The notes below the pieces were generated by a model, which ran no database searches, was not told where the DNA came from, and was given only the letters and a program-made list of their open reading frames with translations. DNA of 64,000 nucleotides, from assembly GCA_963667085.2 (NCBI GenBank), contig OY762975.1, positions 2,480,221 through 2,544,220 on the forward strand, given 5' to 3'. This DNA comes from Acidimicrobiales bacterium (GTDB taxonomy: Bacteria; Actinomycetota; Acidimicrobiia; Acidimicrobiales; Bin134). The translations under genes and the position numbers were made by a program. This document shows positions 40,065 through 49,044 of the stretch, piece after piece (positions within the stretch are counted from its first letter, which is position 1; each line of letters begins with the position of its first letter).

Positions 40065-40798
40065 AGACCGCAGTGGTGACCGGAGCAAGCGGGGGAATCG
40101 GCTCTGCCATCGCTCGCGGCCTGGCCCAAGATGATTTCACCGTGGTGGCGGGATACCACCGGGCTGCCGGTCGGGCAGAGTCACTGGTCGAGAACCTTCC
40201 TGGCGGCGGGCATCGGGCTACTCGGATTGCGGTACACGAGCCGGCGTCGCTGGACGAATTGGCCCAGTCCCTGGCGGAGTCGCCGGGATCGCTCGACGTG
40301 CTGGTCAACTGTGCGGGGGTGACCCGGTCAGTGCCCCATGACGATCTCGACGCTCTTGACGACGCCACAATCGACAAGATCTTTGCCACCAACTGGCGGG
40401 GCCCTTTCGCGGCAATTCGCGCTCTGCGGCCTCTCCTCGACAAGGCCGATGGCGCAGTTGTCGTCAACATCTCGTCGGTTGCCGCCGTCACCGGCCAAGG
40501 CTCCAATGTGGCTTACTGCGCATCCAAGGCCGCCCTCGACTCCATGACCAGGTCACTGGCCCGGGCGCTGGCGCCATCGGTGCGCGTGGTGTCGGTGTCG
40601 CCGGGGTGGGTTCTCGGCGAGTACGCCGACCAGATGCCGGCCGAACTCCTTGATGCCCAGCGCGGCGCCACCCCGCTAGGCCGCCTCGCCACCGCCGAAG
40701 ACGTGGCGTCAGCGGTGAGAGCCGTGGTGAGTGATCTGCCCTTCACCACCGGGGCAACCATCAGCGTCGATGGGGGCCGTCCCTTGGGGGTCACATGA
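40061..40798 (+). CDS. SDR-family oxidoreductase
   Basis: 245 aa with an ATGA overlap. Motifs [13 protein letters not shown] and YCASKAAL. Confidence 0.9.
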   Translation: MKTAVVTGASGGIGSAIARGLAQDDFTVVAGYHRAAGRAESLVENLPGGGHRATRIAVHEPASLDELAQSLAESPGSLDVLVNCAGVTRSVPHDDLDALDDATIDKIFATNWRGPFAAIRALRPLLDKADGAVVVNISSVAAVTGQGSNVAYCASKAALDSMTRSLARALAPSVRVVSVSPGWVLGEYADQMPAELLDAQRGATPLGRLATAEDVASAVRAVVSDLPFTTGATISVDGGRPLGVT

Positions 40799-41922
40799 GC
40801 GCGCCAGTTCTCGTCCGCGCCGAGGAGTTCGCCCGTCGGGTGATTCAGCCCGCTGACTTCGTGCCCGACGCCGAGGCCTTCGTCGACGTGAGGCTGCCTC
40901 GATCGGCGGGCAAGATCAGCTATTCGTTCATCGGGCCCGGCGTATCGCAGAACGACGCCCAAACGGTCAATCTCACCGAACCCCATGGATTCCAAGTCGG
41001 CGCCGCGAGCATGGACCACGGCGTCATCAACAATCAGCACCTCCATTTCACTGCCGAGGTGCTCGTCTGCACTCGAGGCCACTGGCGGGTGAACATCGGC
41101 GAACATGCCGAGCAGCAATTGGACGTTGGGCCCGGAACCGTGTTCTCGGCGCCCAATTGGGTGTTCCGGGGCTTTGAGAACATCGGGAGCGACGATGGCT
41201 GGCTCTTCGCGGTATTAGGGGGCGACGACACCGGAGGCATCATCTGGGCGCCCGACGTTCTTCGCGATGCAGCCCAAACCGGTTTGTACCTGCGGTCGGA
41301 CTATTCGCTGCTGGATGCCGCCAACGGCGAGCCGCCTGAAGACGTTGTGCTTCCGCTGGACGCTGAGTTGCTCACTGCGGTGGACACTTATACCGATGAG
41401 GAGCTCGCGGCCCGAACGGTGAAGATGGAGGACCTTCAGTGGTCGGCCAATGCACTCCTCTCCAGCGTGCTGGCTGGCCACGCCACTGCGCTGGCGCCGG
41501 TGATCGGCTACGGCCTGACCGAGGACCGCCGCCAGAGGACGCCAATCGGCACACCCCACGGTTTCTCAGTTGAGTGGCTTCGCATTGCTCCCGGTGCCAG
41601 CACGGGGGTTCACCGACACAGCCACAGCCAAGTGGTGCTGATTGGCGAAGGCCAATGGGAGATTGCCGTCAACCGCGGTGATGACATGATCGGCGCCAGT
41701 CCGGCCGAAGGCTCAGTGGTCTCGATTCCCGCGAATGCCTGGAGGGACTTCAAGAACACCGGCGCGGCAGATGCGCTCGCGCTCGTGGTCTGCGGCAGCG
41801 ACCAGCGAGCTGTCATCGAATGGGACCCAGAGATCGTGACCGCCGCCGAGGCACTCGGCTGGGGTCACGACGCCGCGGGCTACCTAGCCCCGCTGGCGCT
41901 TCTCGGAAGGCCACCGCAATGA
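40795..41922 (+). CDS. bicupin-like protein
   Basis: 375 aa with an ATGA overlap. Two cupin-like halves (...HLHFTAEVLVCTRGHWRV... and ...GVHRHSHSQVVLIGEGQWEI...). Confidence 0.65.
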   Translation: MSAPVLVRAEEFARRVIQPADFVPDAEAFVDVRLPRSAGKISYSFIGPGVSQNDAQTVNLTEPHGFQVGAASMDHGVINNQHLHFTAEVLVCTRGHWRVNIGEHAEQQLDVGPGTVFSAPNWVFRGFENIGSDDGWLFAVLGGDDTGGIIWAPDVLRDAAQTGLYLRSDYSLLDAANGEPPEDVVLPLDAELLTAVDTYTDEELAARTVKMEDLQWSANALLSSVLAGHATALAPVIGYGLTEDRRQRTPIGTPHGFSVEWLRIAPGASTGVHRHSHSQVVLIGEGQWEIAVNRGDDMIGASPAEGSVVSIPANAWRDFKNTGAADALALVVCGSDQRAVIEWDPEIVTAAEALGWGHDAAGYLAPLALLGRPPQ

Positions 41923-41977
41923 GCTCGCCCACGATCTACCTACGTAGAAAACCAACAACCAAGGAGGGGTAAGACCC

Positions 41978-43471
41978 ATGAGCACACAACAACGCAGGTG
42001 GTGGCGAATCCTCGCCATTCTCCTCGCCTTCACTCTGGTCGTCGCGGCTTGCGGCAACGACGATGACGACGCTGCGGATGAGCCCGCGGCGCCGGCTGCT
42101 ACCGAGGCCCCGGCTGACGAGCCGATGGATGACGCTGAGGAGCCCATGGACGACGAGCCGATGGATGACGCTGAGGAGCCCATGGACGACGAGCCGATGG
42201 ACGATGCCGAGGAGCCCATGGACGACGAGCCGATGGACGACGAGCCGGAAGTCATGCTGATCTCGGACGAGTGCGCCATTCCGAACCCGGACAGCAACTT
42301 TGAGATCGACGTCATGGGATGGGAGTTCCCGATCACCACCCAATACGCCGAAGAGCTTGAGGACTGCGAAGAGGGCAACTACTCGTTCAACTACCAGTTC
42401 CTCGACTCGCAAGAGGCCCGCAGCGCCATGACGCAGGACGCGGCCTCCGGCTCGCCGAGCTTCGAGCTCTATCAGGGCTCGAACGCCTTCATCAGCGAGT
42501 TGGCCAATCAGGGCTTCGTCAGGCCCTTGAACGACCTGGTGGACAAGTACCGGGACGAGTTCAACCTCGATCAGATCGACAGTGCGTTCTGGGAGATGGC
42601 GACGCTCGACGGCAACATCTACTCCATCCCCATGGTGTCCAACACCATGCACGTCTTCTACAACGAGCCTGCTCTCGCCGAACTCGGCCTCTCGGTGCCG
42701 ACCACGTTCGACGAGGCGTTCGAGACCTGTGCCGCAATCATCGACGAGGGCTATGACATCGGCTTCTTGTACATGCTGTCGGCTGGCTGGGCCTGGCAGA
42801 TCGAGTTTGACAGCGTTCTCGGAGCGCTGGGTGTGAAGCCGATCGACCCGCAGACCGGCCAACCCAACTTCAACAGCCCCGAGGGCATCGAAGCCGCCAC
42901 AACCTTGAAGCGCATGTGGGAGGAGTGCGCTCCCAACGCCTCCAACTCCTACAGCACCGATGACGTGCAGGCGGCATTCCAGACCGGTGAAGCCATCTTG
43001 GGCCACACCTGGGCTTCTCGGGCTGGGGCGATGGACGATCCCGAAGCATCGACCGTGGTGGGCGAGATCCAGTTCGCCGCCGCGCTCAGTCCTGGAACCG
43101 GGACTGTGGCTGCTCCGGCCTACATCGATGGCTGGATGATCCCGGCCAACACCCCCGAGGACAGGGTTGAGGCCATCTTCTTGGCCATGCTTGCCGCCAC
43201 CGACCAGGAGAGCCAGGAGGCCGCTGCCGAGTTCGGCTTGGTGACCCGCACCGGTGTGAGCAACCCCAACGGCCCGCGCAACGCGGCCGCTGCGGAGGCC
43301 AGCCTGGTGAACGGCCGCGGGGTAGACCTCGTCCACCCGGCCGCCGGCATCGCCCGGGCCAAGCTGGGTGAAGCGCTGGTGAGCATTCTCGACGGCACCC
43401 CGGTTGAGGAGGCGCTGGCCGCGGCTGAAGAGGCCTATATGGCCGAAGCCGAGGCTCAGGGAGTGCTTTAG
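41978..43471 (+). CDS. ABC sugar-type (family 1) substrate-binding lipoprotein with repetitive acidic linker
   Basis: 497 aa with the signal peptide and lipobox TLVVAACGN, an acidic EPMDD repeat linker, then an SBP body. SD aaggagggg lies upstream. Confidence 0.85.
   Translation: MSTQQRRWWRILAILLAFTLVVAACGNDDDDAADEPAAPAATEAPADEPMDDAEEPMDDEPMDDAEEPMDDEPMDDAEEPMDDEPMDDEPEVMLISDECAIPNPDSNFEIDVMGWEFPITTQYAEELEDCEEGNYSFNYQFLDSQEARSAMTQDAASGSPSFELYQGSNAFISELANQGFVRPLNDLVDKYRDEFNLDQIDSAFWEMATLDGNIYSIPMVSNTMHVFYNEPALAELGLSVPTTFDEAFETCAAIIDEGYDIGFLYMLSAGWAWQIEFDSVLGALGVKPIDPQTGQPNFNSPEGIEAATTLKRMWEECAPNASNSYSTDDVQAAFQTGEAILGHTWASRAGAMDDPEASTVVGEIQFAAALSPGTGTVAAPAYIDGWMIPANTPEDRVEAIFLAMLAATDQESQEAAAEFGLVTRTGVSNPNGPRNAAAAEASLVNGRGVDLVHPAAGIARAKLGEALVSILDGTPVEEALAAAEEAYMAEAEAQGVL
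42119..42241 (+). repeat. 36-bp in-frame tandem repeat, about 3.4 copies (EPMDDAEEPMDD)
   Basis: Units at 42119-42154 and 42155-42190 are identical. Unit 42191-42226 has 3 substitutions. A partial copy starts at 42227. Confidence 0.9.
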
Positions 43472-43481
43472 CCTTGACCTT

Positions 43482-43547
43482 GCTGCCCTAGCGGGCAGCT
43501 TCAGATCCCCCTCCTGCGGGGCGGCGTCCACGCGGCGCCGCCCCGCA
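43482..43547 (+). terminator. two GC-rich hairpins between the SBP and permease genes (possible intra-operon attenuator)
   Basis: Hairpin 1: GCTGCCC-tagc-GGGCAGC at 43482-43499. Hairpin 2: TGCGGGGCGGCG-9 nt-CGCCGCCCCGCA at 43515-43547, a perfect 12-bp stem. Neither has a clear U-tract. Confidence 0.4.
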
Positions 43548-43597
43548 ACGGGGTCGGGGATGCACCGCCGCAGCGCCGGCGGGATGATAGGGGGAAG

Positions 43598-44464
43598 ATG
43601 AACAAGCGCACGTTCTGGGGGTTCACAGTGCCCAGCGTGGTCGTGATGCTGGTGCTGATGGTGTTCCCACTGGTCACGACGGTTTGGCTGGGCTTCCAGA
43701 AGCTGCTGCTGCGCGACCTGAACAACCCCCAATGGGTCGGCTTCGACAACTACACCGATGTCCTGTCTGATCCTGAGTTCTGGGCCGCATTCCGGTTCAC
43801 GATGGTGTTTGTGGCCGTCGTCGTGCCGGTGACCATGGTGATGGGTTTGGGCGTCGCTTTGCTCCTCGACCGGGTTGGCCGAGGCCGCAGCCTGTACATG
43901 GCTGCTCTCCTGCTGCCGTTCATCGTCACCCCGGTGGTGGGCTCCCTCGTCTACAAGGACTTGTTTGAACGAGGCGGCTTGATCTCCTGGCTTTGGGAGG
44001 TGATCACCGACGATCCTTTCGCGGTTGACGCCAGCAACGTGAAGTGGCTGATCATCATCCAGTCGATCTGGTATGTCATGCCGTTCGCCATGATCACCTT
44101 CTTTGCCGGACTCCAAACGCTTCCTGAAGAGCGGGTGGAAGCCGCCGCCATCGACGGGGCGAATTTCCTGCGGAACTTGTGGCATGTGATCTTGCCCCAC
44201 TTGAGAGTGCTCATCTTGTTCGTGGGTTTGATCACGATCATGGACGCCTACCGGGTGTACGACCAGGTGTTCGTCTGGGCTGGGAACAGATTCACCGACG
44301 CCCACACCTTGTCGGTCTACAACGTGCGCGTGGCCACGGCCTACGACATCGGAAGGCTGGGGAAGGGCAACGCCATCGCAGTTCTCAATGTGATCGGCAT
44401 CTTCGTGGTGCTGATCCCGTTCTTGTGGCGCAGCTACAAGGACCAGATCGCGGAGAGGACCTGA
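43598..44464 (+). CDS. ABC sugar transporter permease (MalF/UgpA-like)
   Basis: 288 aa and multi-TM, with an EAA-like loop EERVEAAAIDGANFLRNLWHVILP. Confidence 0.88.
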   Translation: MNKRTFWGFTVPSVVVMLVLMVFPLVTTVWLGFQKLLLRDLNNPQWVGFDNYTDVLSDPEFWAAFRFTMVFVAVVVPVTMVMGLGVALLLDRVGRGRSLYMAALLLPFIVTPVVGSLVYKDLFERGGLISWLWEVITDDPFAVDASNVKWLIIIQSIWYVMPFAMITFFAGLQTLPEERVEAAAIDGANFLRNLWHVILPHLRVLILFVGLITIMDAYRVYDQVFVWAGNRFTDAHTLSVYNVRVATAYDIGRLGKGNAIAVLNVIGIFVVLIPFLWRSYKDQIAERT

Positions 44465-44469
44465 CCAAG

Positions 44470-45546
44470 GTGAGACGATCCACCCCCCTCTCCCGAATCG
44501 GGCTCCACGCCACGATGCTGGTGCTGGTGGCCTGGAGTGTCCTGCCCTTCTTGTGGACGTTCCAGACCTCCATCAAGTTCACCCGTGACGTAGCTGCGAA
44601 GAAGCCCGTGCTGTGGGGCTACGAGACCACCGCCAACGCCTATCGGGCCTTCTGGCTGGACGAAGACGACATCAACATGTGGAGCGTTTTGGTCTACATC
44701 CTGGCGGTGGCGGTGATCTGCCTCGTCTTGGGCCAGATCGGCAAGCGGGTTCGGCACGGATGGCCGTGGTTCACCGCCGCGGTCGGCGTGATCTTCGTTG
44801 CTTTGTGGCGTTTCCCAAAGGTCTGGGAGGTCAACGACGAGTACGACTTCTTGATCAACAGCATCGTGGTCACCGTTCTCACCATGATCATCTCGTTGTC
44901 CATTGGGCTACTGGCCGGCTACGGGCTGGCCCGCTACACCGGCATCTCCGGGGCGGTGATCCTGATCGTGGCCCTCGGCTTTCGGGCACTGCCCCGTACC
45001 GCGTTCGTGCTCCCGTACTTTTTTGGAGCCAAGGAGATCGACGACTGGCTGACCAGCAGCGGCCTTGCTTCGTGGGACTTCCCCCTCATCGACTTTCCCG
45101 GGATCGACACCCTTCAGATACTCGACACCCGCCTCGCCATCGTCTTGGCCCTGGTGGCGGTCAACCAGCCGTTCACCATCTGGATGTTCCGCAGCTTCTT
45201 CATGGAGGTGCCCAAAGAGATCGAGGAAGCGGCCATGATGGACGGCGCCACCCGGCTCCAGGCGTTCCGCAGGGTGATCATCCCGATGATGTGGCCGGCC
45301 ATCATCGCCACCGGCCTCTTCACCATGCTGCTGGCCTACAACGAATACCTGTTCGTGCGGGTGCTGGCCCCCACGGAGTGGACTTTGCCGGTGGCCATCG
45401 TGTCGCTTACCGGGGGAGAGAGCTCTAGAACGATCACCGAGGCGGCTGCGGCGTCGGTGTCGATCACGCTGCCCATTGTGGTGGTCATCATCTTGTTCCA
45501 GAAGCACCTCGTGAAAGGACTCGGCGCGGGCGCCGTGAAGGGTTGA
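44470..45546 (+). CDS. ABC sugar transporter permease (MalG/UgpE-like) with extra segments
   Basis: ORF 44179-45546 trimmed to GTG 44470, 5 nt after the upstream stop. EAA loop EIEEAAMMDGATRLQAFRRVIIP. At 358 aa it is longer than typical MalG-type permeases. Confidence 0.8.
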   Translation: MRRSTPLSRIGLHATMLVLVAWSVLPFLWTFQTSIKFTRDVAAKKPVLWGYETTANAYRAFWLDEDDINMWSVLVYILAVAVICLVLGQIGKRVRHGWPWFTAAVGVIFVALWRFPKVWEVNDEYDFLINSIVVTVLTMIISLSIGLLAGYGLARYTGISGAVILIVALGFRALPRTAFVLPYFFGAKEIDDWLTSSGLASWDFPLIDFPGIDTLQILDTRLAIVLALVAVNQPFTIWMFRSFFMEVPKEIEEAAMMDGATRLQAFRRVIIPMMWPAIIATGLFTMLLAYNEYLFVRVLAPTEWTLPVAIVSLTGGESSRTITEAAAASVSITLPIVVVIILFQKHLVKGLGAGAVKG

Positions 45547-46649
45547 TGTCAGAGATCTTCCAGCAGGCCAAACGCGTGGTGCTCGACTACTACGACGCGC
45601 TCGACAATGCCCGGAACGACGAGATCGCCGGAGTGCTGGGCAAATACACGACGGAGGACTACGGGTGGCGGGGGATGCACCCGTTCCACGAGCTCGCCAG
45701 CGCCGAGGAGGTTGCCGAGCGGTTCCATGTGCCGTTGCGCCGGTCGTTTGCCCCCATTCAGCGTCGCCCCGATGTGTTCCTGGCCGGGGCCAACACGCAG
45801 GATCAGCTGGGGGACACCTGGGTGTGCCAGATGGGGCACCTCCTCGGGCTGTTCGACCGGCCCTGGCTGGATATTCCGCCAACCCGGAAGATGTGCTTCC
45901 TTCGCTACGCCGAGTTCCACCGAGTGGAAGACGGCCTGATCGCCGAGACTGCGTTTTTCACCGACATCATCAGCGTGATGCGACAGGCAGGGCACTACCC
46001 GCTGCCGCCCCAAACCGGCTCATCGCACATCTATCCCGGTCCCCGCACCCATGACGGGCTGTTGTACGACGCCCACGATCCCGCCGAGGGCGCGACCACC
46101 ATGGCATTGGTGGACCGGATGATCAACGACCTCATCTGGGCCAACGACGTGGGGAATGCCAAGGGAGAGAACATCATGCCCCGGTCGGTGTTGGCCGAAT
46201 CCTGGCACGAGGACATGATCTGGTCGGGTTCTGAGGGCATCGGCGCGGCCTACACCATCGATCGCTATCAGCAGCAGCATCAGCATCCGTTCCGGGTCAA
46301 CCTCTCGGCCAAGACCTTCAACGGGCATGTGGCCCGGTTCGCCGAGGGCAACTATGCCTGTTTCTTCGGCTGGCCCAACCTCACCGTCACCGCCGATGGC
46401 GGATTCATGGGCCTGCCGGGCACGGGCGTTCCCGCCGATATGCGGGTGGTGGACGTCTACCGCCGAGACGGCGACAAGCTGGCCGAGAACTGGGTATTCA
46501 TCGACTTGGCCAACTGGCTCAACATGCAGGGTCTCGACGTCCTCGCCCGCATGCGCCAGCTCCTGGGCATCGAGGAGTTTCGCAACGAGGACACAGAAGC
46601 ATCCGCATGGGTCCGGCCAGAGTTGCCGGGCCAGAGTGGAGGGGAGTGA
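45546..46649 (+). CDS. double NTF2-like (SnoaL/ester-cyclase-like) protein
   Basis: ATG 45546 shares one nt with the permease stop (TGATG). N-terminus AKRVVLDYYDALDNARNDEIAGVL; C-terminus MRVVDVYRRDGDKLAENWVFIDLANWL. Paralog of 49045-50082. Confidence 0.6.
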   Translation: MSEIFQQAKRVVLDYYDALDNARNDEIAGVLGKYTTEDYGWRGMHPFHELASAEEVAERFHVPLRRSFAPIQRRPDVFLAGANTQDQLGDTWVCQMGHLLGLFDRPWLDIPPTRKMCFLRYAEFHRVEDGLIAETAFFTDIISVMRQAGHYPLPPQTGSSHIYPGPRTHDGLLYDAHDPAEGATTMALVDRMINDLIWANDVGNAKGENIMPRSVLAESWHEDMIWSGSEGIGAAYTIDRYQQQHQHPFRVNLSAKTFNGHVARFAEGNYACFFGWPNLTVTADGGFMGLPGTGVPADMRVVDVYRRDGDKLAENWVFIDLANWLNMQGLDVLARMRQLLGIEEFRNEDTEASAWVRPELPGQSGGE

Positions 46650-46651
46650 AG

Positions 46652-47824
46652 ATGTCAACGGTCACCTTGGACAAGCTCACCAAGATCTATCCCAACGGAT
46701 TTCAGGCCATCACCGAGCTGAGCCTGACCCTGGAGGACGGGGAGTTCCTCGTTCTGGTGGGTCCGTCTGGATGCGGCAAATCAACGGCGCTGCGGATGAT
46801 CGCGGGCCTAGAAGACATCACTGCGGGCGACTTGTACGTTGGAGAGCGCAAGCTCAATGACGTGCAACCCAAAGACCGGGATATCGCCATGGTGTTCCAG
46901 AGCTATGCCCTTTATCCGCAGATGACGGTGGCAGAGAACATCGGTTTTCCCCTCAAGCTCCGCAAGATCGGCAAGAAGGATCGCCAAGAGCAGATCCGCC
47001 AGGCCGCGGAGATCCTCGAGCTCACCGAGCAGCTTGAAAAGAAGCCGGCCCAGTTGTCGGGCGGGCAGCGCCAGCGGGTGGCGATGGGCCGGGCCATCGT
47101 GCGGCGTCCGGCGCTGTTTCTCATGGATGAGCCGCTCTCGAATCTTGATGCGAAGCTGCGGGTCCAGATGCGGGCCGACATCGCCGGCATACAGCGGGAG
47201 TTGGGGGTCACCACCTTCTACGTCACCCACGATCAGGTCGAGGCCATGACGATGGGTGACCGGGTGGCGGTCATCAAAGACGGTGTGCTGCAACAAGCGG
47301 CGGCACCGGAGGCCCTTTACGAAGAACCAGACAACGTATTTGTGGCTGCCTTCATCGGTTCTCCGTCGATGAACCTCTACGAAGCAACGCTTGCGGAGGC
47401 CGACGGGGACTTCCGCCTACGCCTCGGCGACCAGTCTCTCTCCGTGCCCGACCGCGTTGTGGCCGCGCGCCCTGCCCTGCGGGACTACCTGGATCAGCCC
47501 GTCGTCGTCGGCTTCCGCCCCGAAGACCTCGAGGACGCCGCGGTCGTCCCTGATCATCCCGACGACCAGCGACTCGACACGGAGATCGCGGTTCGGGAAG
47601 CCCTTGGCGCGGAGACCCTGGTCCACTTTCCCATCGCCGCGCCGAGCGTGGACAGCGGAGACCCCGATGCGCTCGACGAGCTCGGCGATGATGACGCCAG
47701 CCGGTGTACGGCCCGGTTCAGCTCGGCCACCCGAGTCCGGGTGGGCGACGGTGTCCGGGTGAACGTGTCCACCGAGCGGCTTCACTTCTTCGACCGGAAG
47801 ACGCATCTGGCAATTCGGTCCTGA
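46652..47824 (+). CDS. ABC transporter ATP-binding protein (MalK/UgpC-like)
   Basis: ORF trimmed to ATG 46652 (MSTVTLDKLTKIY). Motifs GPSGCGKST, LSGGQRQRVAMGRA and LMDEPLSNLD, plus a C-terminal regulatory domain. Confidence 0.92.
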   Translation: MSTVTLDKLTKIYPNGFQAITELSLTLEDGEFLVLVGPSGCGKSTALRMIAGLEDITAGDLYVGERKLNDVQPKDRDIAMVFQSYALYPQMTVAENIGFPLKLRKIGKKDRQEQIRQAAEILELTEQLEKKPAQLSGGQRQRVAMGRAIVRRPALFLMDEPLSNLDAKLRVQMRADIAGIQRELGVTTFYVTHDQVEAMTMGDRVAVIKDGVLQQAAAPEALYEEPDNVFVAAFIGSPSMNLYEATLAEADGDFRLRLGDQSLSVPDRVVAARPALRDYLDQPVVVGFRPEDLEDAAVVPDHPDDQRLDTEIAVREALGAETLVHFPIAAPSVDSGDPDALDELGDDDASRCTARFSSATRVRVGDGVRVNVSTERLHFFDRKTHLAIRS

Positions 47825-47873
47825 GGACGATCCAGCATGAGAACCAGACCTCGTTCGTGAGAACGTTCAGGCC

Positions 47874-49016
47874 ATGAGAACCAGCCCCGACCGCATACTC
47901 ACCACTCATGTGGGCAGCCTGCCCCGATCGGAGGCAGTCACTCGGGGCGTGTTCGCCATTGAGCGGGAGGAGCCTGTCGATCACGACGAGCACGATCGGG
48001 TGGTAGCGGAGGCGGTGAACACCGTCGTTGCCCGGCAGGTGGCCGCAGGAGTTGACGTGGTGAGCGACGGCGAGATGAGCAAGCTCAGCTATGCCACCTA
48101 TATCAAGTACCGCGTGTCCGGTTTTGAGGGAGACAGCCCTCGCCGGGCACCCGCCGATCTTGAGGACTTCCCGTCGTTCCTTGAGCGCCAGGCCGCCACT
48201 GGGGGCACGCCGACCTACATGCGTCCGCAGTGCGTCGGGCCAGTGGAGGTTGTGGACATGGCGCCGTGCAAGACGGACATCGCCAACCTCAGAGCCGCCC
48301 TGGGTCAGCATGCTGTGGTGGAGGGCTTCATGAATGCGGCATCTCCGGGGGTAATCGCCCTCTTCCAACCCGATGCCTACTACGGGGATCATGAGGCGTA
48401 TCTCTATGCGCTGGCCGAGGCGATGAGAGCCGAGTACGAGGCCATCGTCGGGGCCGGCTTCCTGCTGCAACTGGATTCCCCCGACCTCGGGCTGGGTCGG
48501 CACATGATGTTCAAGGGCAGGCCCGACGAGGAGTACGAGCGGCTGGCCAGCATCCATGTCGAAGCCTTGAACCACGCAGTGCGCAACATCGACGCCAGCC
48601 GCCTTCGGCTCCATGTCTGCTGGGGCAACTATGAGGGGCCCCACACCCACGATGCCCCCATGTCCCAGGTGCTGCCTATCGCGCTCAAAGCCAAGCCGCA
48701 GGCGCTGCTTTTTGAGTCGGCCAATCCGCGACATGCCCACGAGTGGGCGACCTTCGCCGAGGCTGACATCCCCGACGACAAGGTGCTCGTGCCTGGAGTC
48801 ATCGACACCACAACTCATTTTGTGGAGCACCCGGAGTTGATCGCCCAGCGGATTGAGCGGTTTGCCGGAATCGTGGGCCGGGATCGGGTAATGGCCGGCA
48901 CGGACTGCGGGTTTTCCTCGTTCGCCGGTTATGAGGGGATCGATCCTGAAATCGCCTATGCCAAGCTCGACTCTCTGGCCCAGGGCGCGGCCTTGGCGTC
49001 TGAACGGCTCTGGTGA
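47874..49016 (+). CDS. cobalamin-independent methionine synthase (MetE C-terminal domain)-like protein
   Basis: 380 aa with N-terminal ILTTHVGSLPRSEAV and the length and pattern of MetE-like single-domain family proteins. Confidence 0.75.
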   Translation: MRTSPDRILTTHVGSLPRSEAVTRGVFAIEREEPVDHDEHDRVVAEAVNTVVARQVAAGVDVVSDGEMSKLSYATYIKYRVSGFEGDSPRRAPADLEDFPSFLERQAATGGTPTYMRPQCVGPVEVVDMAPCKTDIANLRAALGQHAVVEGFMNAASPGVIALFQPDAYYGDHEAYLYALAEAMRAEYEAIVGAGFLLQLDSPDLGLGRHMMFKGRPDEEYERLASIHVEALNHAVRNIDASRLRLHVCWGNYEGPHTHDAPMSQVLPIALKAKPQALLFESANPRHAHEWATFAEADIPDDKVLVPGVIDTTTHFVEHPELIAQRIERFAGIVGRDRVMAGTDCGFSSFAGYEGIDPEIAYAKLDSLAQGAALASERLW

Positions 49017-49044
49017 GTCGCGACCTGGAGATGAGGAGCGTCAC

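Noticed and set aside
41936-44305. 789-aa minus-strand ORF, the second longest in the track
   Set aside because: It lies antisense to the clearly recognisable SBP and permease genes. Its translation is an H/D/R/G/V-rich string without motifs, which is a classic high-GC shadow ORF.
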